A model generated the notes under the pieces. The model was not told the origin of the DNA and made no database searches. It saw nothing but the letters and a program-made list of their open reading frames with translations. The position numbers were made by a program, and so were the translations under genes. From contig CAYGKO010000001.1 of the NCBI GenBank assembly GCA_964350735.1, positions 18,134-82,133 on the forward strand: a stretch of 64,000 nucleotides of DNA. The letters run 5' to 3'. Shown piece by piece: positions 56,691-64,000 of the stretch; the stretch's first letter is position 1, and each line of letters begins with the position of its first letter. The stretch is from an uncultured Candidatus Saccharibacteria bacterium. GTDB lineage: Bacteria; Patescibacteriota; Minisyncoccia; Phycocordibacterales; UBA918.

Positions 56691-57749
56691 ATGTATAATG
56701 TACCCATGCAAACTGCCACAAAACGACAAACTGCCACCAAAAAAGCATCTGTTCGGAAGGATAAATCCAAGCAAACCGACAAGCCACGAGTTGTATCACT
56801 ATTTTCAGGGTCTGGAGGAATGGACCTTGGTTTCAAAGCATCTGGATTCAATATCCTATGGGCAAATGACGTTGACCATTGGGCATGTCAGACTTTCAAA
56901 AAAAACTTCGGGGACCACATAGTTGAAGGTAGTATTTGTGACATCAAAAACGAAGAAGTACCAGACTGCGACATTATTTTAGGAGGATTCCCCTGCCAAG
57001 ATTTTTCAATGATTTGGAAGCGTGCTGGTATTAAATCTGAGCGAGGAAATTTGTACAGGCACTTCGTGAGAATTGTGACTGACAAACGACCAAAGGTATT
57101 CATTGCTGAAAACGTGAAGGGTCTAATTAGCGCAAATGGTGGCAAGGCAGTAGAACAAATAGTAGCAGACTTCGCTAATGCTGGATATAAAGTATCAGTA
57201 AACAAGATTAATTTTGCTCACTATGGTGCACCCCAGTTACGCGAACGAGTGCTTATTATAGGAACGCGAAATGACTTACCAAAAGAATTTGAATTTCCAA
57301 AACCAACACATACTCCTGCTAATTTTGTTACTGCAAAAGTGGCTCTTGAAGGGGCTGAAAAGGCACTCTACAACAACGAACACCAAAATATTATGCCCTC
57401 AACTGTTGCAAAACTTCGCATTATTCCGCCAGGTGGCAACTTCACTGACATACCAAAAGATTCTCCTCACTATGTAAAGGGAATGATTTCACATGTGTAT
57501 CGTCGCTTGCATCCTGACAAACCATCCACTACTATCATTGCTGGGGGTGGAGGAGGTACTTGGGGCTATCACTATGCAGAACCACGACCACTTACAAATC
57601 GTGAACGCGCCCGTTTATTTGGATATCCTGATAACTTCCAATTTGAAGGCTCTATTGCTGAAGTGCGTAGACAGATTGGTAACTCGGTCCCCCCTGCTGG
57701 TATAAAGCCTATTGCTCGAGCAATAAGGCGATATCTACGAGAAGTATAA
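56691..57749 (+). CDS. DNA (cytosine-5)-methyltransferase
   Basis: Motif I FSGSGGMDLGF, motif IV GFPCQDFS (catalytic Cys) and motif VI ENV (FIAENVKGL). 352 aa. Confidence 0.85.
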   Translation: MYNVPMQTATKRQTATKKASVRKDKSKQTDKPRVVSLFSGSGGMDLGFKASGFNILWANDVDHWACQTFKKNFGDHIVEGSICDIKNEEVPDCDIILGGFPCQDFSMIWKRAGIKSERGNLYRHFVRIVTDKRPKVFIAENVKGLISANGGKAVEQIVADFANAGYKVSVNKINFAHYGAPQLRERVLIIGTRNDLPKEFEFPKPTHTPANFVTAKVALEGAEKALYNNEHQNIMPSTVAKLRIIPPGGNFTDIPKDSPHYVKGMISHVYRRLHPDKPSTTIIAGGGGGTWGYHYAEPRPLTNRERARLFGYPDNFQFEGSIAEVRRQIGNSVPPAGIKPIARAIRRYLREV

Positions 57750-57769
57750 AATTAAATTGTAATAAACGT

Positions 57770-58816
57770 ATGGAACTATTATTTTCTAATGTTAAACCAT
57801 GCGAGTACAACAACTCCTCATTCAGTGAGGCTTTTGAACTAGGGGTAGTAAATTCCGATGAAGTAAATATTGCTACAGGCTATGTTTCTGAAGAATCACT
57901 ACTAGAACTAAAGTCTATTCTTTCGTTTTATGCTGAAAATAATAAAGCAAAAAAGTGTAGCCTGGTAATCGGAATGCACGGAAGAGAAGGTTTTACTCGC
58001 CCTCAATATGAAGCAGCTGTAGAGCTTGGTAAATTTTTAGCCGATAATTCACTTGGGGGTGTATTTGTTTGCACAGCATTCCGTTTTCATGGAAAGACTT
58101 ACGTGTTTTACAAAAAAACTAGCCCTGTGTCAGCAATACTAGGCTCTTCTAATTTGAGTAATATTGTAGGCAACCGACAGTGGGAGGTTGATACAAAAAT
58201 TACCGAGAAAGAACCATTGAAGCAGCTGACTAGCTTACATACTGACCTGGCTAACAAAGCCTCTCGTAACATCCTGGAGATAGAAACACCCTCTTCTTTC
58301 ACTGAAACAAACGATTTACTTCAAGATAGAATTGGTGTCGACAAGGCTGATTCTGACTTATACGCACAAGCTGAGGACTCACTAACTGGTGTTGTGTTTG
58401 ACCTACCTCTTAAAGCAACTGAAAAAAGTAATTTGAACGTCTACTTTGGAAAAGGGCGTTTAGCAACAAAAACTGGAGCTATCCGACCGCGACACTGGTA
58501 CGAAGTAGAATTAATTGTACCTATTGATATCACCTCCTCTACGCTGTATCCTAAAAAAGGTTCGACCATTCACGTCTACACAGACGATGGCTGGTCCTTC
58601 AAGTGCAAAGCAGAAGGCCAAAACAGCAAGAACTTCCGTTCAGAAAATGACTTAAGAACACTTGGAAGATGGATTAAAGGACGCCTCGAACGAGCTGGAT
58701 GCTTACAGGTCGGCAAGCCAGTCACTGAAGAGGTGCTCGAATCTTACGGACGAAAAACTATTTCACTTAAACAAACAAAAGACCCGGAGCTTTGGCTGCT
58801 AGACTTTTCACGATAA
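57770..58816 (+). CDS. PLD-family nuclease (NgoFVII/BfiI-like putative restriction endonuclease) with C-terminal extra domain
   Basis: Single HKD-type motif FRFHGKTYVFYKK..ILGSSNLS in the N-terminal half. Immediately follows the C5-MTase. Confidence 0.55.
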   Translation: MELLFSNVKPCEYNNSSFSEAFELGVVNSDEVNIATGYVSEESLLELKSILSFYAENNKAKKCSLVIGMHGREGFTRPQYEAAVELGKFLADNSLGGVFVCTAFRFHGKTYVFYKKTSPVSAILGSSNLSNIVGNRQWEVDTKITEKEPLKQLTSLHTDLANKASRNILEIETPSSFTETNDLLQDRIGVDKADSDLYAQAEDSLTGVVFDLPLKATEKSNLNVYFGKGRLATKTGAIRPRHWYEVELIVPIDITSSTLYPKKGSTIHVYTDDGWSFKCKAEGQNSKNFRSENDLRTLGRWIKGRLERAGCLQVGKPVTEEVLESYGRKTISLKQTKDPELWLLDFSR

Positions 58817-58821
58817 ATAAT

Positions 58822-60696
58822 ATGGATTATCTAAATAACTACTTAAAGAGGGTTGAGAAAGACAAGCCAGGGTTAGCCCCGGCATTAAGACATAGTGCTG
58901 AACACTTTACAAAAGAACACATCGAAACTTTTGACTTCAATAGTCACAAATCTGGGCTTCTTTTTGGTCATGTACAAAGTGGTAAAACCGGGCAAATGCT
59001 TGCCATAGCGGCAGCGGCAGCTGACCATGGTTTCAAGTTTTTTATTTTAGTTACAACAGACAACGTTATCCTGCAAAAACAAACGCTGGAGCGGGCAAAG
59101 TCTGCTCTTGGGGGTTTTATGGCCGGCTTTAATGTGTTGGGAGAAATGGATGAGCAAGCTTTCTTGACACGTGGATTACAAATGCCGACTCTTCTGGTAC
59201 TGAAGAAGAACTCGAGTGTATTAAAAACTTGGGCAAACAACATTAGTGCAAACCCTACGTACAGGGATGAACCCCTTTTGATTCTCGATGATGAAGCAGA
59301 TGCATCTAGCCTTAACACAAAGGTCAATAAGGAGGAGCAGAGCACTATTAATATGCTTCTCGAGAAAATCAACAAGCAGGCTCCATCTAGTATGTACCTG
59401 CATATTACTGCCACTCCTCAGTCGCTAGTTCTACAAGTTGCTCAATCTGGATGGAAACCTCAATTCTCTTTCTACCTGCCCCCAGGTAAAGGATACCTCG
59501 GAGGAGACTTTTTCTATGGTGAAGATTCTCACTGCTTAGTTGAGACAGAAGATGGAGAGAGGGATGATTTAATTAACGCTGAACACGTTCCCCATGGCCT
59601 CCGTAAAGCAGCTCTGCATTTTTTAATTGCTGCTTCTGAGAGATTTTTAACCAAGAGCAGCGATGTGTGCACCATGCTTATTCATCCAGGCCTACGCATT
59701 AGTGAACATACCGTGGTCAGTAGTAAGATTGAAAGATTTCTGGAGGGAGTAAAAACTGATTTAATCGCAGGCTCTAAGACCCTAGAGTTTGATTTACGGG
59801 ATGCATGGGAAGAACTCTCTAAAACAAAAACCGACATTACCCCGTTTAATGACATCATGTCTTTTCTGGCGAGTGATATGCCCCCAGCAAACATCGTTGT
59901 ATTAAATTCGAAAGCACCGGATGGAACATCCTATGAAAAAGGGTTGAATATTGTCATTGGTGGCAACACACTAGGTCGTGGCGTTACTTTCCCTGGCTTA
60001 CACGTAGTATATTACTGTCGCAGTTCGAAGAAGCCACAAGCCGATACATATTGGCAGCACGCTCGAATATTCGGTTATGACAGAGACCAAGGTTTGTGCC
60101 GTATCTTCAGCCCTAGGCCACTACTCAAGCTCTTTAGGGAGCTAAATGACGCCAATAATGCCCTCTTCGAAACATTGGAACAGAAAGGACCTGGTGCAGT
60201 AAGCATACTAAGTCCCGCTGGAACACGTCCGACACGACCAAGCGTGGTTAAGAAGGATGATTTATTAGTAATTGCAGGTAACGTAAACTACTTCCCTACA
60301 TTCCCTACTGACTCAAATACTGCAAAAATTGATGCTGTTTTGGGTGCAAAAGATGACGAACGTGAAATATCACTCAATGAAGCAATTAAGATACTGGAGC
60401 TTGTTAAGGTCGAAAAAGGAGACCTGTGGCACCGTCATTCATTTCCAGACTGCATCGAGACACTGAAAAAAAGAACAAAGTTACCTTGTAAATTAATCGT
60501 TCGGACTGAGCGAAACATCGGTAAAGGAACCGGCACCCTACTCTCGCCAGTTGACCGAAAAATCGGCGCCGACCACAAAAATCAACTAGTGCTAACTATG
60601 TATCGACTTACTGGTGAGAAATGGGATGGTAAACCACTTTGGGTACCTAACATCAAATTCCCTGAAGAAACTTACTTTTACTTTCAGATGAAATAG
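58822..60696 (+). CDS. Z1-domain-like P-loop ATPase
   Basis: Walker A GHVQSGKTG and Walker B LLILDDEADASS. About 625 aa from MDYLNNYLK. This architecture is typical of restriction-associated Z1 proteins. Confidence 0.45.
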   Translation: MDYLNNYLKRVEKDKPGLAPALRHSAEHFTKEHIETFDFNSHKSGLLFGHVQSGKTGQMLAIAAAAADHGFKFFILVTTDNVILQKQTLERAKSALGGFMAGFNVLGEMDEQAFLTRGLQMPTLLVLKKNSSVLKTWANNISANPTYRDEPLLILDDEADASSLNTKVNKEEQSTINMLLEKINKQAPSSMYLHITATPQSLVLQVAQSGWKPQFSFYLPPGKGYLGGDFFYGEDSHCLVETEDGERDDLINAEHVPHGLRKAALHFLIAASERFLTKSSDVCTMLIHPGLRISEHTVVSSKIERFLEGVKTDLIAGSKTLEFDLRDAWEELSKTKTDITPFNDIMSFLASDMPPANIVVLNSKAPDGTSYEKGLNIVIGGNTLGRGVTFPGLHVVYYCRSSKKPQADTYWQHARIFGYDRDQGLCRIFSPRPLLKLFRELNDANNALFETLEQKGPGAVSILSPAGTRPTRPSVVKKDDLLVIAGNVNYFPTFPTDSNTAKIDAVLGAKDDEREISLNEAIKILELVKVEKGDLWHRHSFPDCIETLKKRTKLPCKLIVRTERNIGKGTGTLLSPVDRKIGADHKNQLVLTMYRLTGEKWDGKPLWVPNIKFPEETYFYFQMK

Positions 60697-60697
60697 G

Positions 60698-61114
60698 ATG
60701 TCTACTTGCGAAGAGGTAATCAGTGATGTAAGTATAAAAGACAACGTTCTCGGGTGGATGGCAGTAGAAATGCACTCTTCAGCTACACAAGAAATGTATT
60801 ACCCAGCAATAGCCACACTTTTTACTCTAATGGAGCAGACACTCAAGTGGGCAACAAATAGCGAGTCGGAGGATAAGTTGTTTGCAGTTATTAATTTAGC
60901 TAATAAGATGGAGCTAATTACAAACGAAGAACGTTTGTTTCTTCACGAACTTAGAATGAGTCGTAATAAATACGTGCACGCAAATTTTCATTCAGAGGCA
61001 TTCGAGTGGAGTGGTCTACTGCATCCTGTAAATGACTCATCTACAGCTGAAGCGTTGTACGACCATTATTCATTACCAACTCTTCAAATAATGTTGAAAT
61101 TATTAAGCTATTGA
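60698..61114 (+). CDS. Small helical protein with HEPN-like Rx4-6H motif
   Basis: 138 aa containing RMSRNKYVHAN (Rx4H). Translationally coupled to the Z1 gene, with a 1-nt gap. Confidence 0.3.
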   Translation: MSTCEEVISDVSIKDNVLGWMAVEMHSSATQEMYYPAIATLFTLMEQTLKWATNSESEDKLFAVINLANKMELITNEERLFLHELRMSRNKYVHANFHSEAFEWSGLLHPVNDSSTAEALYDHYSLPTLQIMLKLLSY

Positions 61115-61251
61115 GGTTTGAATGTAAATTGTAGTGTCGTTTGTCCGTTCGAAAATAGTTAGAACTTCCTCTACTAACTGGCCCAGCATTTTTGAGCAAG
61201 CTTTATAAGGTTTTTTGGATACCCCAGTAGGAAGTTCGAACTAAATGGCAT

Positions 61252-62487
61252 CTACTCGTACCGCAACGCTTCAATCGGACTCTTCTTAGACGCTTGGTTG
61301 GCTGGATAGATACCAAAAATGAGACCCACGGTAGCAGACACTCCTACACCCAATAATGCGCCTGTCACCGGGAAACTAAATGCCCACCCTTCTGCAACCG
61401 TTTGAGCCAATACAACCGATACCCCCAATGAAATGAGTGCCCCGATAATGGTCCCAATGATTCCACCAATACTCGTGAGGATGATTGCTTCGGTTAAAAA
61501 CTGCGTCAGAATATCTTTGCTACGTGCGCCTAAAGCTTTCCTTAATCCAATCTCCTTGGTTCGCTCTGACACCGACACCAACATGATATTCATAATTCCA
61601 ATACCGCCTACCACCAAAGAAATAGACACTACTGCAATCAGAAACGCTGTGAAGACATTTACAATTGTCTCGATTTGCTCAATGACGTCCTCTTGCGTAT
61701 TCACCTGAAAATCATCATCTTCACCAAAACCGATATCATGAGTGTCCCGCAGAGTGAGTGTAATGTCATACGCCATTTTTTCAACGTTGGCAGCATCGTC
61801 CGCCACTAGATACACTTCATTGAAAAAGCTATTTCCAGTGATATACGTCTGTGCGCTCGTTTGAGGCAACATCACCAAGGTATCAATATTCAAGCCAGCA
61901 ATACTACCAGCTTCAGCAAACACCCCGACCACCTTAAATTTTCTATCACCTATCTGAATCTGTTCACCAACTGCACGACCGTTCCCAAAAATATCATTCT
62001 TGACGTCATGTCCAATCATTGCCACCCGAGCAACCTGGTCAATATCATCTTGGGTGTAAAACTGTCCATCACGTACTTCAAAACCAATCAACTCAGATAA
62101 GAACTCAACCGAAGCCCCAAGAATAGTCGGTCTGAATTGCTCGCCTCGGTATTCAATTGATTCTGAGACCACCACCAATGGTGCGTATTCAACCAAGTTG
62201 GGTACGTTTTGTTTGCGACCAAGCGCATCAAGGTCAGTTTGAGTGATTGATTGTGCAAATAGTGCAGCTGTAATATCTGTTGTATTACCGCCTGGGCTAA
62301 GTACTACCGTTTCTGGACCAAGACCACTCACTTGGTCCAAGATAAGATTCTGCGCCCCTTGCCCGAGCGACATAACAATAATAATCGCCGCTACACCAAT
62401 GACGATGCCGAGAATAGTCAGAGCTGAACGAGTGAGGTGTGTGCGTAACCCCCTGAATGCTGTAATAAGGACGTGTTTGAAAGGCAT
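61252..62487 (-). CDS. ABC transporter permease, MacB/FtsX-like
   Basis: N-terminal TM, large periplasmic domain, then three C-terminal TM helices (FtsX domain). 411 aa. Confidence 0.8.
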   Translation of the reverse strand: MPFKHVLITAFRGLRTHLTRSALTILGIVIGVAAIIIVMSLGQGAQNLILDQVSGLGPETVVLSPGGNTTDITAALFAQSITQTDLDALGRKQNVPNLVEYAPLVVVSESIEYRGEQFRPTILGASVEFLSELIGFEVRDGQFYTQDDIDQVARVAMIGHDVKNDIFGNGRAVGEQIQIGDRKFKVVGVFAEAGSIAGLNIDTLVMLPQTSAQTYITGNSFFNEVYLVADDAANVEKMAYDITLTLRDTHDIGFGEDDDFQVNTQEDVIEQIETIVNVFTAFLIAVVSISLVVGGIGIMNIMLVSVSERTKEIGLRKALGARSKDILTQFLTEAIILTSIGGIIGTIIGALISLGVSVVLAQTVAEGWAFSFPVTGALLGVGVSATVGLIFGIYPANQASKKSPIEALRYE

Positions 62488-62490
62488 AGA

Positions 62491-63210
62491 TTATTTGCTG
62501 AATTCAGCCTTGGCATTACGACGGTTTTTAATTGGTTCGTCTCGCTCGACCAAACCATCTACTATATAAATCATACGGTCAGCGTGTTCAGCGGTAAAAG
62601 TTTCGTGGGTAATCAAAATAACCGTGTGTCCCAGCTCATCATGCAATCGTTGCAATGTTTGCATAACAGCTTGTCCCGTTTTGGAATCGAGGTTTCCAGT
62701 TGGTTCGTCGGCAAAAATAACACTAGGACCATTTACCAATGCTCTGGCGATAGCCACTCGCTGCTTTTCTCCCCCTGAAAGCTTGTAGGTTTCGTAATCA
62801 AGACGGTGAGAAAGACCGACAATTTCTACCACCTCTTCGACTCGCTCTTTCCATTCTGATTCTGGACGACCGGAATACATCAGCGGCAACTGCACATTTT
62901 CAAAGACGGTTTGTCGTGGCAACAGATTAAACGACTGGAACACAAACCCCATATCAGTGTTACGGATTCGAGCAATCTCATCGTCCGTGTGCTCACTATA
63001 ACTACGACCCTTGAACTTATAGTCTCCAGCCGTGTGGTCAGCCAGAAACCCCAGGATATGAAGCAGCGTCGACTTCCCCGAACCAGACGGTCCCATGATG
63101 GATACGAACTCACCAGCCTCAATGGCAAAATCAAGACCCTTGAGAACCTTGGTATCGGTAATTTCACCAAAGTACGTTTTCTCTAATTTTTCTACCGCAA
63201 AGAGACTCAT
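62491..63210 (-). CDS. ABC transporter ATP-binding protein (MacB/LolD-like)
   Basis: Walker [10 protein letters not shown], signature [15 protein letters not shown] and Walker [12 protein letters not shown]. Confidence 0.85.
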   Translation of the reverse strand: MSLFAVEKLEKTYFGEITDTKVLKGLDFAIEAGEFVSIMGPSGSGKSTLLHILGFLADHTAGDYKFKGRSYSEHTDDEIARIRNTDMGFVFQSFNLLPRQTVFENVQLPLMYSGRPESEWKERVEEVVEIVGLSHRLDYETYKLSGGEKQRVAIARALVNGPSVIFADEPTGNLDSKTGQAVMQTLQRLHDELGHTVILITHETFTAEHADRMIYIVDGLVERDEPIKNRRNAKAEFSK

Positions 63211-63212
63211 AG

Positions 63213-64000
63213 TTAGTTTTCAATTCGAGCTATATCGTCTTCACTGGCAAAGGTAATGATTTTTTCTCCACCAGTAAGGCCAGAAATAACTTCTGTTTTC
63301 CCGTCTGAGCCTCGCAAACCAGTTTCAATCCTCACCTCTTCTATGGTCTCTTCTGGCGTAACAAGACGGACAAATTTTCCATCAGCGTCTTCATAAATAG
63401 AGCGGGTGGTAATCGCCACAACATCTGTTCGTTTAGCAGTTGTAATGTCGATGTCAGCTGACAAGCCATCACGTATCTTGTCGTTAATTTCATCAAACAC
63501 TAAAGTGACTTCAAACACCCGTACCCCATCTACCAATGTAGCGTTTGGAGATATTCGCTCTACGTGTGCTAAAAAGAAGTCGTCATCGTAGGCATCAAAA
63601 TGTACTCTTGCTTCATCATCTTGGGTGATTTCTGCAATATCTACTTCCGATATAGAAACGATTAACTCATATTGCCCTTTTGAAATGAGCGACACAGCTG
63701 GAGCAGTAGCAGACACAATCTGACCAACTTCTGTATACGTATTTGTAACCACACCAGAGAATGGTGCGATAAGTGTCATGTTATCGAATTGTACTTGAGC
63801 AGATTGAACTGACGCCTGCATTTGTCGCACCAATGCTCGCTGCGCTGCTACTCGTTCGTCTCTAGCTGACCCAGACACCTGTGTGAGTTGTGTCTGTCCT
63901 TGATTCAGAGCAGACTCAGCTGCTCTCACTGCACTTTCAGCACTCGCAATCGCCAAATCACGGTTTTCTACTATTGAATTATAGGCATTGAGGTTTGCCA
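63213..64000 (-). CDS. Periplasmic adaptor (HlyD/MacA-like membrane fusion protein), 5'-partial at window edge
   Basis: Coiled-coil, lipoyl and beta-barrel pattern upstream of the ABC genes. The ORF runs to the window end. Confidence 0.6.
   Translation of the reverse strand, partial: ANLNAYNSIVENRDLAIASAESAVRAAESALNQGQTQLTQVSGSARDERVAAQRALVRQMQASVQSAQVQFDNMTLIAPFSGVVTNTYTEVGQIVSATAPAVSLISKGQYELIVSISEVDIAEITQDDEARVHFDAYDDDFFLAHVERISPNATLVDGVRVFEVTLVFDEINDKIRDGLSADIDITTAKRTDVVAITTRSIYEDADGKFVRLVTPEETIEEVRIETGLRGSDGKTEVISGLTGGEKIITFASEDDIARIEN

Larger units (their letters stand above)
51738..61200. mobile_element. Putative integrated element or defence island at tRNA-His (serine recombinase, cargo, ncRNA-candidate region, MTase/PLD-nuclease/Z1/HEPN cassette)
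   Basis: tRNA gene overlapped by the recombinase 3' end. Gene content is typical of mobile defence islands. The right boundary is not defined, as no tRNA-derived direct repeat was found. Confidence 0.4.

Noticed and set aside
61115-61251. attR-like direct repeat of the tRNA-His 3' end marking the island's right border
   Set aside because: No copy of the tRNA 3' segment was found. Only an imperfect inverted repeat (gaacttcc..tact / agta..ggaagttc) is present, so the boundary is left undefined.
1-64000. CRISPR arrays or rRNA genes
   Set aside because: No short direct-repeat/spacer periodicity anywhere. No rRNA-like conserved stretches. Only one tRNA-like T-arm (GGTTCGATTCC) in the window.
1-64000. 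Alternative genetic code (UGA recoding, as in some CPR lineages)
   Set aside because: Housekeeping genes give long uninterrupted ORFs with standard stops. No in-frame TGA was needed to complete any conserved protein.

Overview
This 64-kb window is gene-dense, mostly minus-strand, and dominated by translation genes. It carries five aminoacyl-tRNA synthetases (metG, glyQS, ileS, argS, and serine hydroxymethyltransferase glyA nearby), efp, the rpsF-ssb-rpsR cluster, tuf-rpsJ, rplC-rplD-rplW-rplB, secE-nusG and rplK. A contiguous dTMP/dNTP-metabolism neighbourhood follows (glyA, MazG-like, tmk, thyX, Nudix, DCD-type dCTP deaminase, deoxyribosyltransferase-like, CofE-like). A class I ribonucleotide reductase follows, in which the ATP-cone sits on NrdB rather than NrdA. 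Small-genome features are present: short MetRS, split ribosomal operons, standard code with no recoding. This is compatible with a Patescibacteria/CPR-like organism, but that is inference only.

The most unusual region is the right-hand 10 kb. A tRNA-His gene is overlapped by the 3' end of a large serine recombinase gene. Next come hypothetical cargo genes and a 1.15-kb ORF-free, strongly C-over-G skewed segment that is a candidate large structured ncRNA. A plus-strand cassette then encodes a C5-cytosine methyltransferase, a PLD-family nuclease, a Z1-type P-loop ATPase and a small HEPN-like protein. After it come MacAB-like ABC efflux genes.

Other points worth a second look:
- IleRS carries an inserted phosphoglycerate-mutase-like histidine phosphatase domain, and a stand-alone paralog sits next to metG.
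- A four-gene operon is inserted between nusG and rplK. It encodes a rifampin-phosphotransferase-like kinase (ATP-grasp plus a C-terminal swivel-His domain), a hypothetical protein, a CYTH protein and a LysE exporter. A terminator-containing leader sits about 20 nt before its start codon.
- The S10 operon is split by a UbiA-prenyltransferase plus membrane-protein insertion.
- Three sites share AAACCTTTC palindromic half-sites, two of them flanking a TrpR-like gene.
- Three separate long perfect inverted repeats (18 to 22 bp) lie downstream of argS, nusG and nrdA.

No CRISPR array or rRNA gene was seen.
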